Positions 10,089 to 19,173 of a stretch of DNA of 46,353 nucleotides are shown here, piece after piece. Within the stretch, counting starts at the first letter, position 1, and every line of letters starts with the position of its first letter. The stretch lies in the IMG/VR virus record IMGVR_UViG_3300032035_000006, positions 1-46,353 of that record; one strand, 5' to 3'. The notes beneath the pieces are model-generated. The model was not told where the DNA came from. It searched no databases and was given only the letters and a program-made list of their open reading frames with translations. The position numbers and the translations under genes were made by a program. The stretch is from a virus (taxonomy: Duplodnaviria; Caudoviricetes).

Positions 10089-11226
10089 GGTCGACTACGG
10101 CGAGCTGTCCTTCACCGTCCGCCGGTTCGCGCTGGCCCGGCTGGTCGACCAGGCCGTCGTCGTCATCCCCACCGGGCACCTGATCCAGGAGGTGTTCGGC
10201 TGCTTCCAGGTCACCGTCCGGGCCGGCTGGCTGCAGCTGGCCGGCACCAACATGGTGCAGACCGTGTGGGCCGAGACCGCCTCGGTGACCACCCAGGGCG
10301 AGGGCGTGTTCTACCTGCCCGCCCGCAAGCTTCGCGCGCTGCTGGCCGAGGCGCCGGACGGCGACGTCACCGTGGCGGTGAAGCGGAATCACGCGACCGT
10401 GACCGCCGGCGCCGCCAGCTGGACGCTGAAGCTGCCGCCCGGCACCCGGTACCCGGTGCTGCTCGACCTGGCCGGGGTGGCCTTCGAGCCGGTCGGCCGC
10501 AAGGAACTGCTCGGCGCGCTGTCCGTCGTGCGGCACGCGGTCGGCAAGGACACCGGCCGCCCGCAGTACACCCAGGTCGGCATCGCCGCGTGGGGCAAGG
10601 TCATGTGCGCCTCGGCGTGGGACAGCGGCCAGTTCGCCCGCGCCCCGGTGCCCGGCTTCCCGTTCCCCTGCGGCATCCCCGCCTCGGTGCTCGACGACCT
10701 GTGCAAGCTGCTGGCCGCCGGGGCCGAGGAGAGCGCCGCGGCCGGGCAGACCGAGGGCGCGCTGGCGTTCCGGCTCGGCCCGGTCACCCTGGCCGTGCTC
10801 AAGCACGGCAAGGAGTTCGCGCTCAGCGACAAGCACCTGGCCGCCGCGCGGGCCAACGAGCTGGAGCTGGAGGCGGACAAGGCCGAGCTGCTGGCCGCCA
10901 TCCGCCGGGTCCGGATCAACGCCGACGCCGAGACCTCCGCCATCGCGCTGGAGCTGGAGGCGGGCCGCCTGACCCTGGTGGCCCGGGACAAGGACGACAA
11001 CGGCGCCCGGGAGACCATCGGCGCGACCTGGGGCGGCGGGCCACGCCAGCTCATCGTCAACGGCGGCTTCCTGTACGCGATGCTCGACGTCCACCCGGCC
11101 GCCTCCTGCCGGTTCCGGGTCGGCAGGGACCCCGGCCGCCAGCGCTCGCACCTGCTGCTGGCCGACGAGGCCGCCGGCGTCTACGGGGTCATCCCGCAGA
11201 TGCTGCCGCAGCACCTCGGCTACTGA
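10081..11226 (+). CDS. dnaN: DNA polymerase III beta sliding clamp
   Basis: 381 aa; LQLAGTN, GEGVFYLPARKL, VRHAVGKDTGRPQYT, ELLAAIRRVRINAD, IVNGGFLYAML. Confidence 0.85.
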   Translation: MAEVDYGELSFTVRRFALARLVDQAVVVIPTGHLIQEVFGCFQVTVRAGWLQLAGTNMVQTVWAETASVTTQGEGVFYLPARKLRALLAEAPDGDVTVAVKRNHATVTAGAASWTLKLPPGTRYPVLLDLAGVAFEPVGRKELLGALSVVRHAVGKDTGRPQYTQVGIAAWGKVMCASAWDSGQFARAPVPGFPFPCGIPASVLDDLCKLLAAGAEESAAAGQTEGALAFRLGPVTLAVLKHGKEFALSDKHLAAARANELELEADKAELLAAIRRVRINADAETSAIALELEAGRLTLVARDKDDNGARETIGATWGGGPRQLIVNGGFLYAMLDVHPAASCRFRVGRDPGRQRSHLLLADEAAGVYGVIPQMLPQHLGY

Positions 11227-11236
11227 GGAGCCCCCG

Positions 11237-11551
11237 GTGAGCAGCGGGCAGATAAGACGGTACAACTCCGGCCGCGGGTTCGGCTTCATCACTCCCGATG
11301 AGGGCGGCGCTGACGTGTTCGTGCACGTCCGGGGCCTGGCCCCGGGCACCAGCCAGGAGGAGCTGGCCGAGGGCACTCCGGTCACCTATGACACCGAGCT
11401 GTCGGAGAAGGGCGTGCGGGCGGTCAACGTCGCCATCGTGCGGGACGGGCCGTACCTGCCGGACGAGGAGACGCTCACCGCGGTGCGCCGCGCCATCGAG
11501 GAGTTCGGCGCGATGGTCCTGGCACTGCGGAAGCGCGGCTGGGACGTATGA
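11237..11551 (+). CDS. Cold-shock domain protein
   Basis: GRGFGFITPDEGGADVFVH, GVRAVNV. Confidence 0.92.
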   Translation: MSSGQIRRYNSGRGFGFITPDEGGADVFVHVRGLAPGTSQEELAEGTPVTYDTELSEKGVRAVNVAIVRDGPYLPDEETLTAVRRAIEEFGAMVLALRKRGWDV

Positions 11552-11557
11552 ACCACC

Positions 11558-12151
11558 ATGAGCGCAATCATTCAGTTCTGGCCGCTGCCCGAGATGCAGG
11601 CTGAGGTCGACCGGTACTGCCACGCCATGGGCTGGCGCGAGGACCCCCCGGTCTTCGCCGACTGCATGGCCCTGCTGCACGAGGAGGTCTCCGAGGCCGG
11701 GTCCGCCTGGCGGCACTGGGACATGACCGACATGACCGGCAAGGTGACCGGGAACCAGCTGGCGCTGGATGCCAGCAAGCCCGAGGGCGTCGGCAGCGAG
11801 TTTGCCGACCTGCTCATCCGGCTGCTGGACGACAGCGAGCTGTTCGGCGTCAACCTGGCCGCCGAGGCATCCCGGCACGCTGGCCGCTACAGCATCAGCG
11901 GCTCGTTCCTCACCAACATGGACATCCTGCACGTCATGATCGCCAAGGCGTCCATGGCGCATGACGCGGACGACTGGCCTGATGAGGAGGGCGACCGCGG
12001 CGGCTGGACCTGGCGCCGCCAGTTCGGCACCATCTTGATGTTCCTCGCCCAGCTCTGCGAGTTCTACGGCGTCGACCTGCAGGCCGAGTACACGCGCAAG
12101 ATGGCCTACAACCGCACCCGGCCGTACCGCCATGGCGGGAAGCAGCGTTAG
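11558..12151 (+). CDS. MazG-like nucleotide pyrophosphohydrolase
   Basis: LLHEEVSEA, PEGVGSEFADLLIRLLD, KMAYNRTRPYRHGGK. Confidence 0.8.
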   Translation: MSAIIQFWPLPEMQAEVDRYCHAMGWREDPPVFADCMALLHEEVSEAGSAWRHWDMTDMTGKVTGNQLALDASKPEGVGSEFADLLIRLLDDSELFGVNLAAEASRHAGRYSISGSFLTNMDILHVMIAKASMAHDADDWPDEEGDRGGWTWRRQFGTILMFLAQLCEFYGVDLQAEYTRKMAYNRTRPYRHGGKQR

Positions 12152-12791
12152 CGAGCTGGCCGCGGCGGTCCGCGGCCAGCGCCAGCACCTGGACCGGCAG
12201 GCCGGGCGGGCCCAGCAGGTGGCCGAGGCCGGCAAGGCCGCCGAGGCCGAGGTGGCGGCCCTGACCGCGCAGCTGGAGCTGTACGATAAGGTCGGCTCGC
12301 TGCTTACCTCGATCGGGGAGCAGGCCCAGGAGACCGCCCGCGGCCAGGTCGAGGGCCTGGTCACCCGGGCGCTGCAGGCCGTGTTCGGGCCGCACCTGTC
12401 GTTCCTGGTGGTGCCGGACGAGGTCGGCGGGCAGGCGGTGCTGCGGCTGCTGATCCGGACCGAGCGGGACGGGGCGGTCACCGAGCGGCCGGTGCTCGAC
12501 TCGCACGGCGGCGGGCTGGCCGCGGTGGTCGGCTACGTGCTCCGCCTGGTGGTGCTGCTGCTCACCCCGGACGTCCGGCGGATGCTGGTCCTGGACGAGC
12601 CGTTCACCTGGCTGTCCGAGGACCTCGTGCCGGCCATGGCCGAGTTCCTGCAACAGGTGGCCACCGAGACCGGGGTGCAGCATCTCATCGTCACCCACCA
12701 GCCGGAGCTGGGCCGGTACGCGGACAGCCGGGTCCGGCTGTCGCTCGGGCCGGACCTGGTGACCCGGGTCACCGAAGCCGAAGTCGAGTGA
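12132..12791 (+). CDS. SbcC/Rad50-like ATPase, C-terminal half
   Basis: Coiled coil then signature-like SHGGGL, Walker B LVLDEPF, H-loop IVTHQ; no Walker A. Confidence 0.82.
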   Translation: MAGSSVSELAAAVRGQRQHLDRQAGRAQQVAEAGKAAEAEVAALTAQLELYDKVGSLLTSIGEQAQETARGQVEGLVTRALQAVFGPHLSFLVVPDEVGGQAVLRLLIRTERDGAVTERPVLDSHGGGLAAVVGYVLRLVVLLLTPDVRRMLVLDEPFTWLSEDLVPAMAEFLQQVATETGVQHLIVTHQPELGRYADSRVRLSLGPDLVTRVTEAEVE

Positions 12792-12947
12792 GTGGAACTG
12801 GCGGTCCTGCTGACCCTGCAGCTGCCGAAGGGCATGTCTGCTGCCGAGGCGTGCGCGGAGATCCGGCGCTCGGTGGAGTTCGGCCAGCCGCAGCTGCAGG
12901 TGATCTACGTGATGGAGAAGCGACCTGATGACGAGCCGGACTCCTGA
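12792..12947 (+). CDS. Small hypothetical protein (51 aa)
   Basis: Fills the gap, GC3-rich codons. Confidence 0.45.
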   Translation: MELAVLLTLQLPKGMSAAEACAEIRRSVEFGQPQLQVIYVMEKRPDDEPDS

Positions 12948-15900
12948 GTTCATCGGCCGCTGGCTGGAGGCCGGCGACGGGGAGAATCTCGCCCTGATGG
13001 ACGGCCCGATGCAGTTTCTCGGCGACGAGCCGAACACCGTGCTGGCCGAGTCGGGGTTTGACCGGGCGCTACTGTGGAAGTCCAGGTCCGCGGTCCGCTG
13101 GCTGATGGCCGCTTCCTGGCCGTATGAGCAGGCCGCGGGCAACATGGCCATCCCGGTCGTGTACTGGGGAATCAACGACGGCGACCCGTCCTGGCTGGCG
13201 GACCGGTGGTACCTGCCCGCCACCCCGCGCGACCTGGGCATCCTGGAGCGGGCCGGGCTGCCCGCCTGGGGCATCGAGACCCGGCACCAGCTGACCGACT
13301 TCGACGTGGTCGGCACCTCGGTCAGCTACCCGGTGCTGGCGATGAACTACGCCAAGACCCTGGCCATGAGCGGGGTGCCGCTGCGCTGGCGGGACCGCCA
13401 GGAGCAGGCCGCCGACTACCCCATGGTCATGGCCGGCGGGCAGGCTTACAGCGCGCCCGAGTTCATCTCCCCGATGCTGGACTGCTTCTGGCTGGGCGAG
13501 GTCGAGGACGAGCCGGGCAACCCCGGCGGGATCAGCGACTTCTGCGCTGTCATCGCGTCAATGAAAGCGGACGGCGCCTGGGCCGGGGACCGGCTCGGCT
13601 GCTACGAGCGGCTGGCCCGCCAGTTCCCGCACGTCTACTTCCCCCGGTTCACCGAGTTCACCTACAAGTACCAGGACCGCGGGCTGCCCGAGACCACCCT
13701 GATGGTCTCCGGGATGGCCTCGTCGCTGGGGCTGACGCATCGCGCCCGCCAGGTGCGCGACCTGAACGCCATCGCGCCGTTCACCCGGTCCCCGCTGCTG
13801 TACTCCGACCCGGGCATGGGCTCCGGCGACGTCGAGGTGGGCCGCGGCTGCACCTGCTGGTGCAGCTTCTGCAAGCTGAGCTGGGTGACTAAGCCGTACC
13901 GGCAGCGCTCGGTGCCCTACGTGCTGGCCTCGGCTAAGCGGTGGCGGCTGAACATGGGCTCGCTGGACATCAGCCTGGTCGCCCCCGACCCCCCGGTGCA
14001 CACCCAGCTCAAGGCGCTGATCGCCGGGATCATGGAGCAGGTCACGCCCTGGATCGACGCCAGCTCCATGCGGATCGACGACTTCACCTCCGAGGGCGCC
14101 GAGTTCGCCCGGCTGCTGAAGGCGGCCGGGCAGGACAGCCTGACCCTCGGCCTGGAGGCGGGCAGCCAGCGGCTGCGGGACGTGGCTGGCAAGGGCACCA
14201 GCGACGACGAGGTGGTCCGCGCGGTCACCGCCGCTATCAGGTGCGGCATCAGGAAGATAAAGATTTACTTCATCACCAACTGGCCCGGCGAGGAGGCCGC
14301 CGACGTCATGCGGGTGGTCGAGTTGGGCCGGCGGCTGGCCGACGTCCGCGAGTCGTTCGGCGCCGACGCCCGCGGGGTGCGCATCCAGTTCTCCTACACG
14401 CCGCTGATCGTGGAGGCGCAGACCCCGCTGCAGTGGTTCGCGGTCACCGCCCCGGACTACACCCTGCAGGCGGCGCTGTCCCAGCTGAGCGAGCTGCACA
14501 TCGACAAGAAGCTGGGCAGCAAGGCCAGCCCGGCCAAGCTCGCCTTCTTCCAGGCCTGCCAGCGGGCGTCCCGGCGGGCCGGGGAGGCCATCGTCGACGT
14601 GCTGGAGGAGCTGGACCGGGCCTCCTGGGGCGGGTTCCCCAAGGACATGCGCGAGCGGCTGGACGCGGCGCTGGCCCGGCGCGGGTTCCGCAACGGGCTG
14701 GAGGACCTGTTCGGCGAGCGGTACCGGGAGGACCTGTTCGGCTGGGAGCACATCAAGACCGGGGTGTCCGCCGGGCTGATGTGGCGGGCCTACCGGGACA
14801 TGGTCGACCTGCTGGAGAACACCGACGCGGAGACCTACGACGAGGACTGCGAGGGCGAGTACCGCGGCGTGGAGTGGGTGCAGCGGTGCGACGAGGGCTG
14901 CGCCGGCAACACCTGCGGCGCGTGCAGCCGGGAGGACCTGGAGCTGCGCCGGGACTACATCCGGGACGGCAGGCAGGAGCGGGACCTGCGCGCCGACCCG
15001 GTGACCCCGCTGGACCACTCCACGGTCGCCTGCCGCATCCGGGTCAAGACCAGCCGCCCGCGCGCGCACCGGATGGTCTCCAACGAGTTCTACCAGCACC
15101 TGATCCGCCGGGCCGCGTTCCGGGCCGTCGAGGAGATCGGGGGCTGCCCGCCGATCGCCGCGCACACCGTCCGGCTGGCCAGCGACAACATGGTCTACCG
15201 GGACCGCACCGACGGGGCCGAGTACATCGAGTTCGGCGTCACCCGGTGGGTCAGCCCGGCCCGCGCCGGGTGGATCGTCGAGGTGATGGGCCGCGAGCTG
15301 GCCCCCTGGATGGAGCTGGCCCCCGGGCCGGAGCCGTTCGCCCTGCTGCCCGCCGACGCGCAGCTGCCGGTCCGGCCGCTGAGCCTGTGGGAGCTGCCGG
15401 TCGACCGGGCCCCGGAGGACCTGGCCGCCCTGCTGGCCGCCTGGGACGCGGCGGAGAAGATTCCGGTCCGGCTCCGCAAAGAGAGCTTCTACGGGGGCGA
15501 GGTCCCCGAGGACGGTGACGCCAAGGACCACGTGCAGGACATGTGGGCGGTCCGCGACGGGCACCAGGTCAGGCTGCGGATGCTGCTGCGCGGCCGGCTC
15601 GGCCCCTACCAGGCGTACGCCGCCCTGGCCGGGATGCCCAGCTGGATCGGGGCCGCCCGGCAGGTCGCCACCCGGGTCGACTTCTTCCGCGGCGAGGGGC
15701 AGGCGTGCCTGCGCTGCGGCCGGGGCATCCCGGCCGGGCTGCTGGACGAAGTGTTCGACATGGACTTCTGCCCCCGGTGCAAGGACGAGGACGGCGGGCA
15801 GATTGTCGCCGGGCTCGCCCGGGCCCGCGTATTACCGGACGCGGCCTGGTCTTCCCTCGGGCCGCGCAATCGTCAACAGGTGGGGAGAGAGCTGTGGAAA

Positions 15901-16182
15901 ACCCCGGCACCGCTGAGCTGGTGCTCTGGCTGGACGAGCCGGTTCCCTGCATCTACGCGCCCTGCGCCGGCACCGCCGTGCTGGAGTTCGACGGCACCTG
16001 CACCTTCCGCGAGTGCGGGGAGTGCGGCGGCACCTGGGCGCACCGGCTGGAGCGCACCGAGGACCCCGGGTGCCAGCTCGGCCTGGCCGTCCCCGCCCAG
16101 CAGGCCGCTCCGCCCGGGCAGGCCTTCCTCGGCGGCATCGGCAGGAGGCCGGGATGATCGTCGGCAAGTCCTTGTCGGATGA
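12928..16182 (+). CDS. TIGR03960-like radical SAM protein fused to a TIGR03936/DUF2344-like region; protein-like coding probably ends near 15834
   Basis: LTDFDVVGTSVSY, EVGRGCTCWCSFC (CxxxCxxC), LTLGLEAGSQRLR, KIKIYF, QTPLQW, HRMVSNEFYQHLIRRAAFRA. Confidence 0.8.
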   Translation: MTSRTPEFIGRWLEAGDGENLALMDGPMQFLGDEPNTVLAESGFDRALLWKSRSAVRWLMAASWPYEQAAGNMAIPVVYWGINDGDPSWLADRWYLPATPRDLGILERAGLPAWGIETRHQLTDFDVVGTSVSYPVLAMNYAKTLAMSGVPLRWRDRQEQAADYPMVMAGGQAYSAPEFISPMLDCFWLGEVEDEPGNPGGISDFCAVIASMKADGAWAGDRLGCYERLARQFPHVYFPRFTEFTYKYQDRGLPETTLMVSGMASSLGLTHRARQVRDLNAIAPFTRSPLLYSDPGMGSGDVEVGRGCTCWCSFCKLSWVTKPYRQRSVPYVLASAKRWRLNMGSLDISLVAPDPPVHTQLKALIAGIMEQVTPWIDASSMRIDDFTSEGAEFARLLKAAGQDSLTLGLEAGSQRLRDVAGKGTSDDEVVRAVTAAIRCGIRKIKIYFITNWPGEEAADVMRVVELGRRLADVRESFGADARGVRIQFSYTPLIVEAQTPLQWFAVTAPDYTLQAALSQLSELHIDKKLGSKASPAKLAFFQACQRASRRAGEAIVDVLEELDRASWGGFPKDMRERLDAALARRGFRNGLEDLFGERYREDLFGWEHIKTGVSAGLMWRAYRDMVDLLENTDAETYDEDCEGEYRGVEWVQRCDEGCAGNTCGACSREDLELRRDYIRDGRQERDLRADPVTPLDHSTVACRIRVKTSRPRAHRMVSNEFYQHLIRRAAFRAVEEIGGCPPIAAHTVRLASDNMVYRDRTDGAEYIEFGVTRWVSPARAGWIVEVMGRELAPWMELAPGPEPFALLPADAQLPVRPLSLWELPVDRAPEDLAALLAAWDAAEKIPVRLRKESFYGGEVPEDGDAKDHVQDMWAVRDGHQVRLRMLLRGRLGPYQAYAALAGMPSWIGAARQVATRVDFFRGEGQACLRCGRGIPAGLLDEVFDMDFCPRCKDEDGGQIVAGLARARVLPDAAWSSLGPRNRQQVGRELWKTPAPLSWCSGWTSRFPASTRPAPAPPCWSSTAPAPSASAGSAAAPGRTGWSAPRTPGASSAWPSPPSRPLRPGRPSSAASAGGRDDRRQVLVG
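15894..16157 (+). CDS. Small Cys-rich (zinc-finger-like) protein
   Basis: SD GGGGAG, GTG start; CIYAPC...CGECG; ATGA coupling to next gene. Confidence 0.6.
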   Translation: MENPGTAELVLWLDEPVPCIYAPCAGTAVLEFDGTCTFRECGECGGTWAHRLERTEDPGCQLGLAVPAQQAAPPGQAFLGGIGRRPG

Positions 16183-16477
16183 CGACGTGCTCGTGGCCTC
16201 GCTGCAGGCCGCGGTGCCCATGTGGATGCTGGAGCTGGGCGGCAGGCCCGAGGCCGAGCTGCTTGGCCTGGCCCGCGAGTCCGCGGACATCGTGGCCAGC
16301 AAGGGCGACGTGATCCTGTTCCGCGGCGGCAAGCGGGGCGAGACTGCCGCGGCGTTCAACGCGCTGGCCCGCGGCCTGGCCGTCATGGCGCTGGTCTGCC
16401 CGGGCGGGGTCACCTTCGCCGGGCAGCACTGGTGCGCCGACCACGCCGCGTGCGAGAGGGCCGCCGATGTCGCTTGA
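16154..16477 (+). CDS. Hypothetical protein
   Basis: SD AGGAGG, coupled to dnaX. Confidence 0.7.
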   Translation: MIVGKSLSDDDVLVASLQAAVPMWMLELGGRPEAELLGLARESADIVASKGDVILFRGGKRGETAAAFNALARGLAVMALVCPGGVTFAGQHWCADHAACERAADVA

Positions 16478-17642
16478 CCTGGCCCGCAAGTACCGGCCCC
16501 GCCAGTTCGGGGACATGCTCGGACAGTCCCCGTCGGTCGCGCTGCTGTTCCTGATGGCCAAGCGCGGCACCGTGCCCGGCGCGCTGCTGTTCTACGGCGA
16601 GAGCGGCTGCGGCAAGACCACCATGGCCCGCATCCTCGGCGCGGCGCTGCACTGCGAGGCCGGCCCGGGCCCGGCTAAGGCCTGGCCGTGCGGCGCCTGC
16701 GAGGACTGCCTGGCGGTCGCTGACAGCCGGCACCCGTACGTGCACGAGGTCGACGCGGCCAGCAACGGCACCGTGGACAAGGTCCGCGAGATCCGCGCCC
16801 GGGCCGGCTACGGGACCGGCGGGGAGTACCTGCTGTTCATCCTGGACGAGGCGCACGGCACCTCCGGCCCGGGCATCGACGCGCTGCTCAAGACGCTGGA
16901 AGAGCCCGAGGAGCGGGTCATCTTCGTGCTGGTCACCACCCAGCCCGGGCGGCTGCCGGTCACCGCGGTGAACCGGTGCAGCCCCTACCCGTTCCGGCCG
17001 CTGGAGCCCGACGTCATCCTCAGGCGGCTGGTCATGGTCCGCCAGGCCGAGGGCATCGACGCGGAAGACGAGCTGCTGGCCGCCATCGCCGAGAGCGCCC
17101 GCGGCCGGATGCGGGACGCGCTGATGAAGCTGGACCAGATGGCCAGCGCGGGCATCGGCAGCGCGGAATCCTGGCGCGAGCTGACCGGCGAGACCGACTT
17201 CGCGCCGGGCCTGCTGGAGGCCGCCGCCGACGGCGATCACCCGGCCATGTACGCGGCGCTGAGAGCCGCGCTGAGCGCCTACGGGGACGCGGCCTACGTC
17301 ACGGCCGAGATCGTCCGCTGCCTGGCCGACGTGGACGTCCTGAGCCAGGGCGGGGCCATCTCCGCGCGGGGCCTGGCGCTGGCCGCCCGCCAGGGGCTGG
17401 CCGACCGGCTCGGCGCCGCCCGCGCGGTGGCCGCCATGGAGGAGCTGTGGCGGCTGCAGACCCGGGTCCGGGTCGAGGACCGCGCCGCCGGGCTCACCCT
17501 CGCGCTGGCCATGGTCAGCCGGCGCCTCTGCCAGCTGCCCCCGGGCTCGGGGCCGATGCTGCCGGGCGGAGGCCAGCAGGCCTCCATCGAGCAGCTCGCG
17601 GACGTACTGGGCGGTAGACATGCAACGAAGGGCCGCGCCTGA
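16467..17642 (+). CDS. dnaX: DNA polymerase III gamma/tau clamp loader
   Basis: LARKYRPRQF, GESGCGKTT, CGACEDC, EVDAASN, ILDEAH, LLKTLEEP, NRC, GRMRDAL. Confidence 0.95.
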   Translation: MSLDLARKYRPRQFGDMLGQSPSVALLFLMAKRGTVPGALLFYGESGCGKTTMARILGAALHCEAGPGPAKAWPCGACEDCLAVADSRHPYVHEVDAASNGTVDKVREIRARAGYGTGGEYLLFILDEAHGTSGPGIDALLKTLEEPEERVIFVLVTTQPGRLPVTAVNRCSPYPFRPLEPDVILRRLVMVRQAEGIDAEDELLAAIAESARGRMRDALMKLDQMASAGIGSAESWRELTGETDFAPGLLEAAADGDHPAMYAALRAALSAYGDAAYVTAEIVRCLADVDVLSQGGAISARGLALAARQGLADRLGAARAVAAMEELWRLQTRVRVEDRAAGLTLALAMVSRRLCQLPPGSGPMLPGGGQQASIEQLADVLGGRHATKGRA

Positions 17643-17874
17643 CCTGGCCGGACGGCACAGCAGCACCCTGCACCTGATGAAGTGGCTGGTGCCCAACCCG
17701 AACCTGGACGGCATTGCGCTGGACGTGTCGACCGTCATCTGGCACGCCGCGATCGAGCTGACGGAGCTGCTGAACGACGGCCCGGAGCTGAGCGCCGCGC
17801 TGCGCAAGCTGCGCGAGGCCAAGGACGCCGCGGTGATCCAGGCCCTGGAGGACTCCGGGATCAGGACCGGCTAG
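17620..17874 (+). CDS. Small conserved phage helical-hairpin protein
   Basis: DGPELSAALRKLREAKDAAV motif. Confidence 0.6.
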   Translation: MQRRAAPDLAGRHSSTLHLMKWLVPNPNLDGIALDVSTVIWHAAIELTELLNDGPELSAALRKLREAKDAAVIQALEDSGIRTG

Positions 17875-18599
17875 TGCGCAGGCTGCTGTGGGCGGTCCCC
17901 ACCCGCGGTCGGCCGGAGCGGCTGGGCGTCCTGCTCAGCCGGGGGCTGGAGCTGGCCGCCGCCGAGACCGACTTCGCCATCGGCATCGACCACGACGACC
18001 CGGCCGGCCCGGCCTACCTGCAGGTGGCCGAGGCCCTGGCGGCCGGGCCCCGGGTCAAGTGGCTGTTCCGGGAGCGGGACACGCTGACCGGCTGGACCAA
18101 CAAGCTGGTCGGCACGTTCGAGGGGCAGTACGAGTACTACGGCTCGATCGGGGACGACCACGAGCCGGAGACCCAGGGCTACGACGCCGACCTGGCCGGC
18201 GCCCTGGACCGCATCGGCGGCGGCATCGCCTACCCCAACGACATGCACCAGGGCGCGTGGCTGCCCACCTGCGCGGTGGTCAGCGCGGCCATCGTGGAGG
18301 CGCTGGGCTGGCTGTGTTACCCGGGCTGCCGGCACTACTTCGTCGATGACGTCTGGAAGCACCTCGGCGGGCTGGCCGGCTGCCTGGCCTACCTGGACGG
18401 GGTGCACGTCCGGCACCGGCACGCGGTGTTCGGGGAAGCGGCAAACGACCGCACGTACGCCGAGAGCATGCCATACTGGGCGGCTGACCAGGCCGCGTTC
18501 GAGCGCTGGCTGCAGGGCCAGGTGGACGAGGCCGGGATGGTCATCAGCGGCAGCGACGTGGACAAGGCGCGGAAGGCGGTGGGCCGTGAGCGTGGCTGA
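17874..18599 (+). CDS. Glycosyltransferase (GT2/GT-A fold)
   Basis: VPTRGRP, IDHDD, GDDH, HYFVDDVW, VRHRH. Confidence 0.8.
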   Translation: MRRLLWAVPTRGRPERLGVLLSRGLELAAAETDFAIGIDHDDPAGPAYLQVAEALAAGPRVKWLFRERDTLTGWTNKLVGTFEGQYEYYGSIGDDHEPETQGYDADLAGALDRIGGGIAYPNDMHQGAWLPTCAVVSAAIVEALGWLCYPGCRHYFVDDVWKHLGGLAGCLAYLDGVHVRHRHAVFGEAANDRTYAESMPYWAADQAAFERWLQGQVDEAGMVISGSDVDKARKAVGRERG

Positions 18600-19170
18600 G
18601 GACTACATGGAGCGGCTCGGCGCCTGGTCCGACATCCGGGGTCACCTGGAGTTCATGTACAAGACCGTCATCGGCTACCGGCGGCCCCGGGTCATCGAGC
18701 TGGGGGTGCGGACCGGGGTGTCCACCTGCGCGCTGCTGGCCGGCGCCATCGAGGTGCAGGGCAAGCTGTGGTCGGTCGACGTCGACGAGCCCCGCGTCCC
18801 GGAGTCCTGGCTGGCCGAGCCGGACTGGACCTTCATCCGGGGGGACGACCTGACCGGGCCGGTGATCGACGCGCTGCCCCGCCGCTGCCAGGTGCTGTTC
18901 GTCGACACCCTGCACGACTTCGACCACGTGCTGGCCGAGCTGGCCGTCTACATGCCCCGGCTGACCCGGGACGGCGTGGCGCTGGTGCACGATACGGAGT
19001 GGGACGTCGGGGACCGGCAGCTAGAGGGGCCGACCGGCCCGGTGGCCCGGGCGCTGGACGACTACTGCGCCCGGCACGAGCTGACCTGGGGGAACCGGCC
19101 CGGGTCCTACGGCATGGGCGTGATCCGGCCCGGGATCTACCCCGCGGGCCAGACCCGGCCGTGGGGGTAG
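18586..19170 (+). CDS. Class I SAM methyltransferase (Methyltransf_24-like)
   Basis: VIELGVRTGVST, WSVD, LFVDTLH, VHDT. Confidence 0.85.
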   Translation: MSVAEDYMERLGAWSDIRGHLEFMYKTVIGYRRPRVIELGVRTGVSTCALLAGAIEVQGKLWSVDVDEPRVPESWLAEPDWTFIRGDDLTGPVIDALPRRCQVLFVDTLHDFDHVLAELAVYMPRLTRDGVALVHDTEWDVGDRQLEGPTGPVARALDDYCARHELTWGNRPGSYGMGVIRPGIYPAGQTRPWG

Positions 19171-19173
19171 CCG

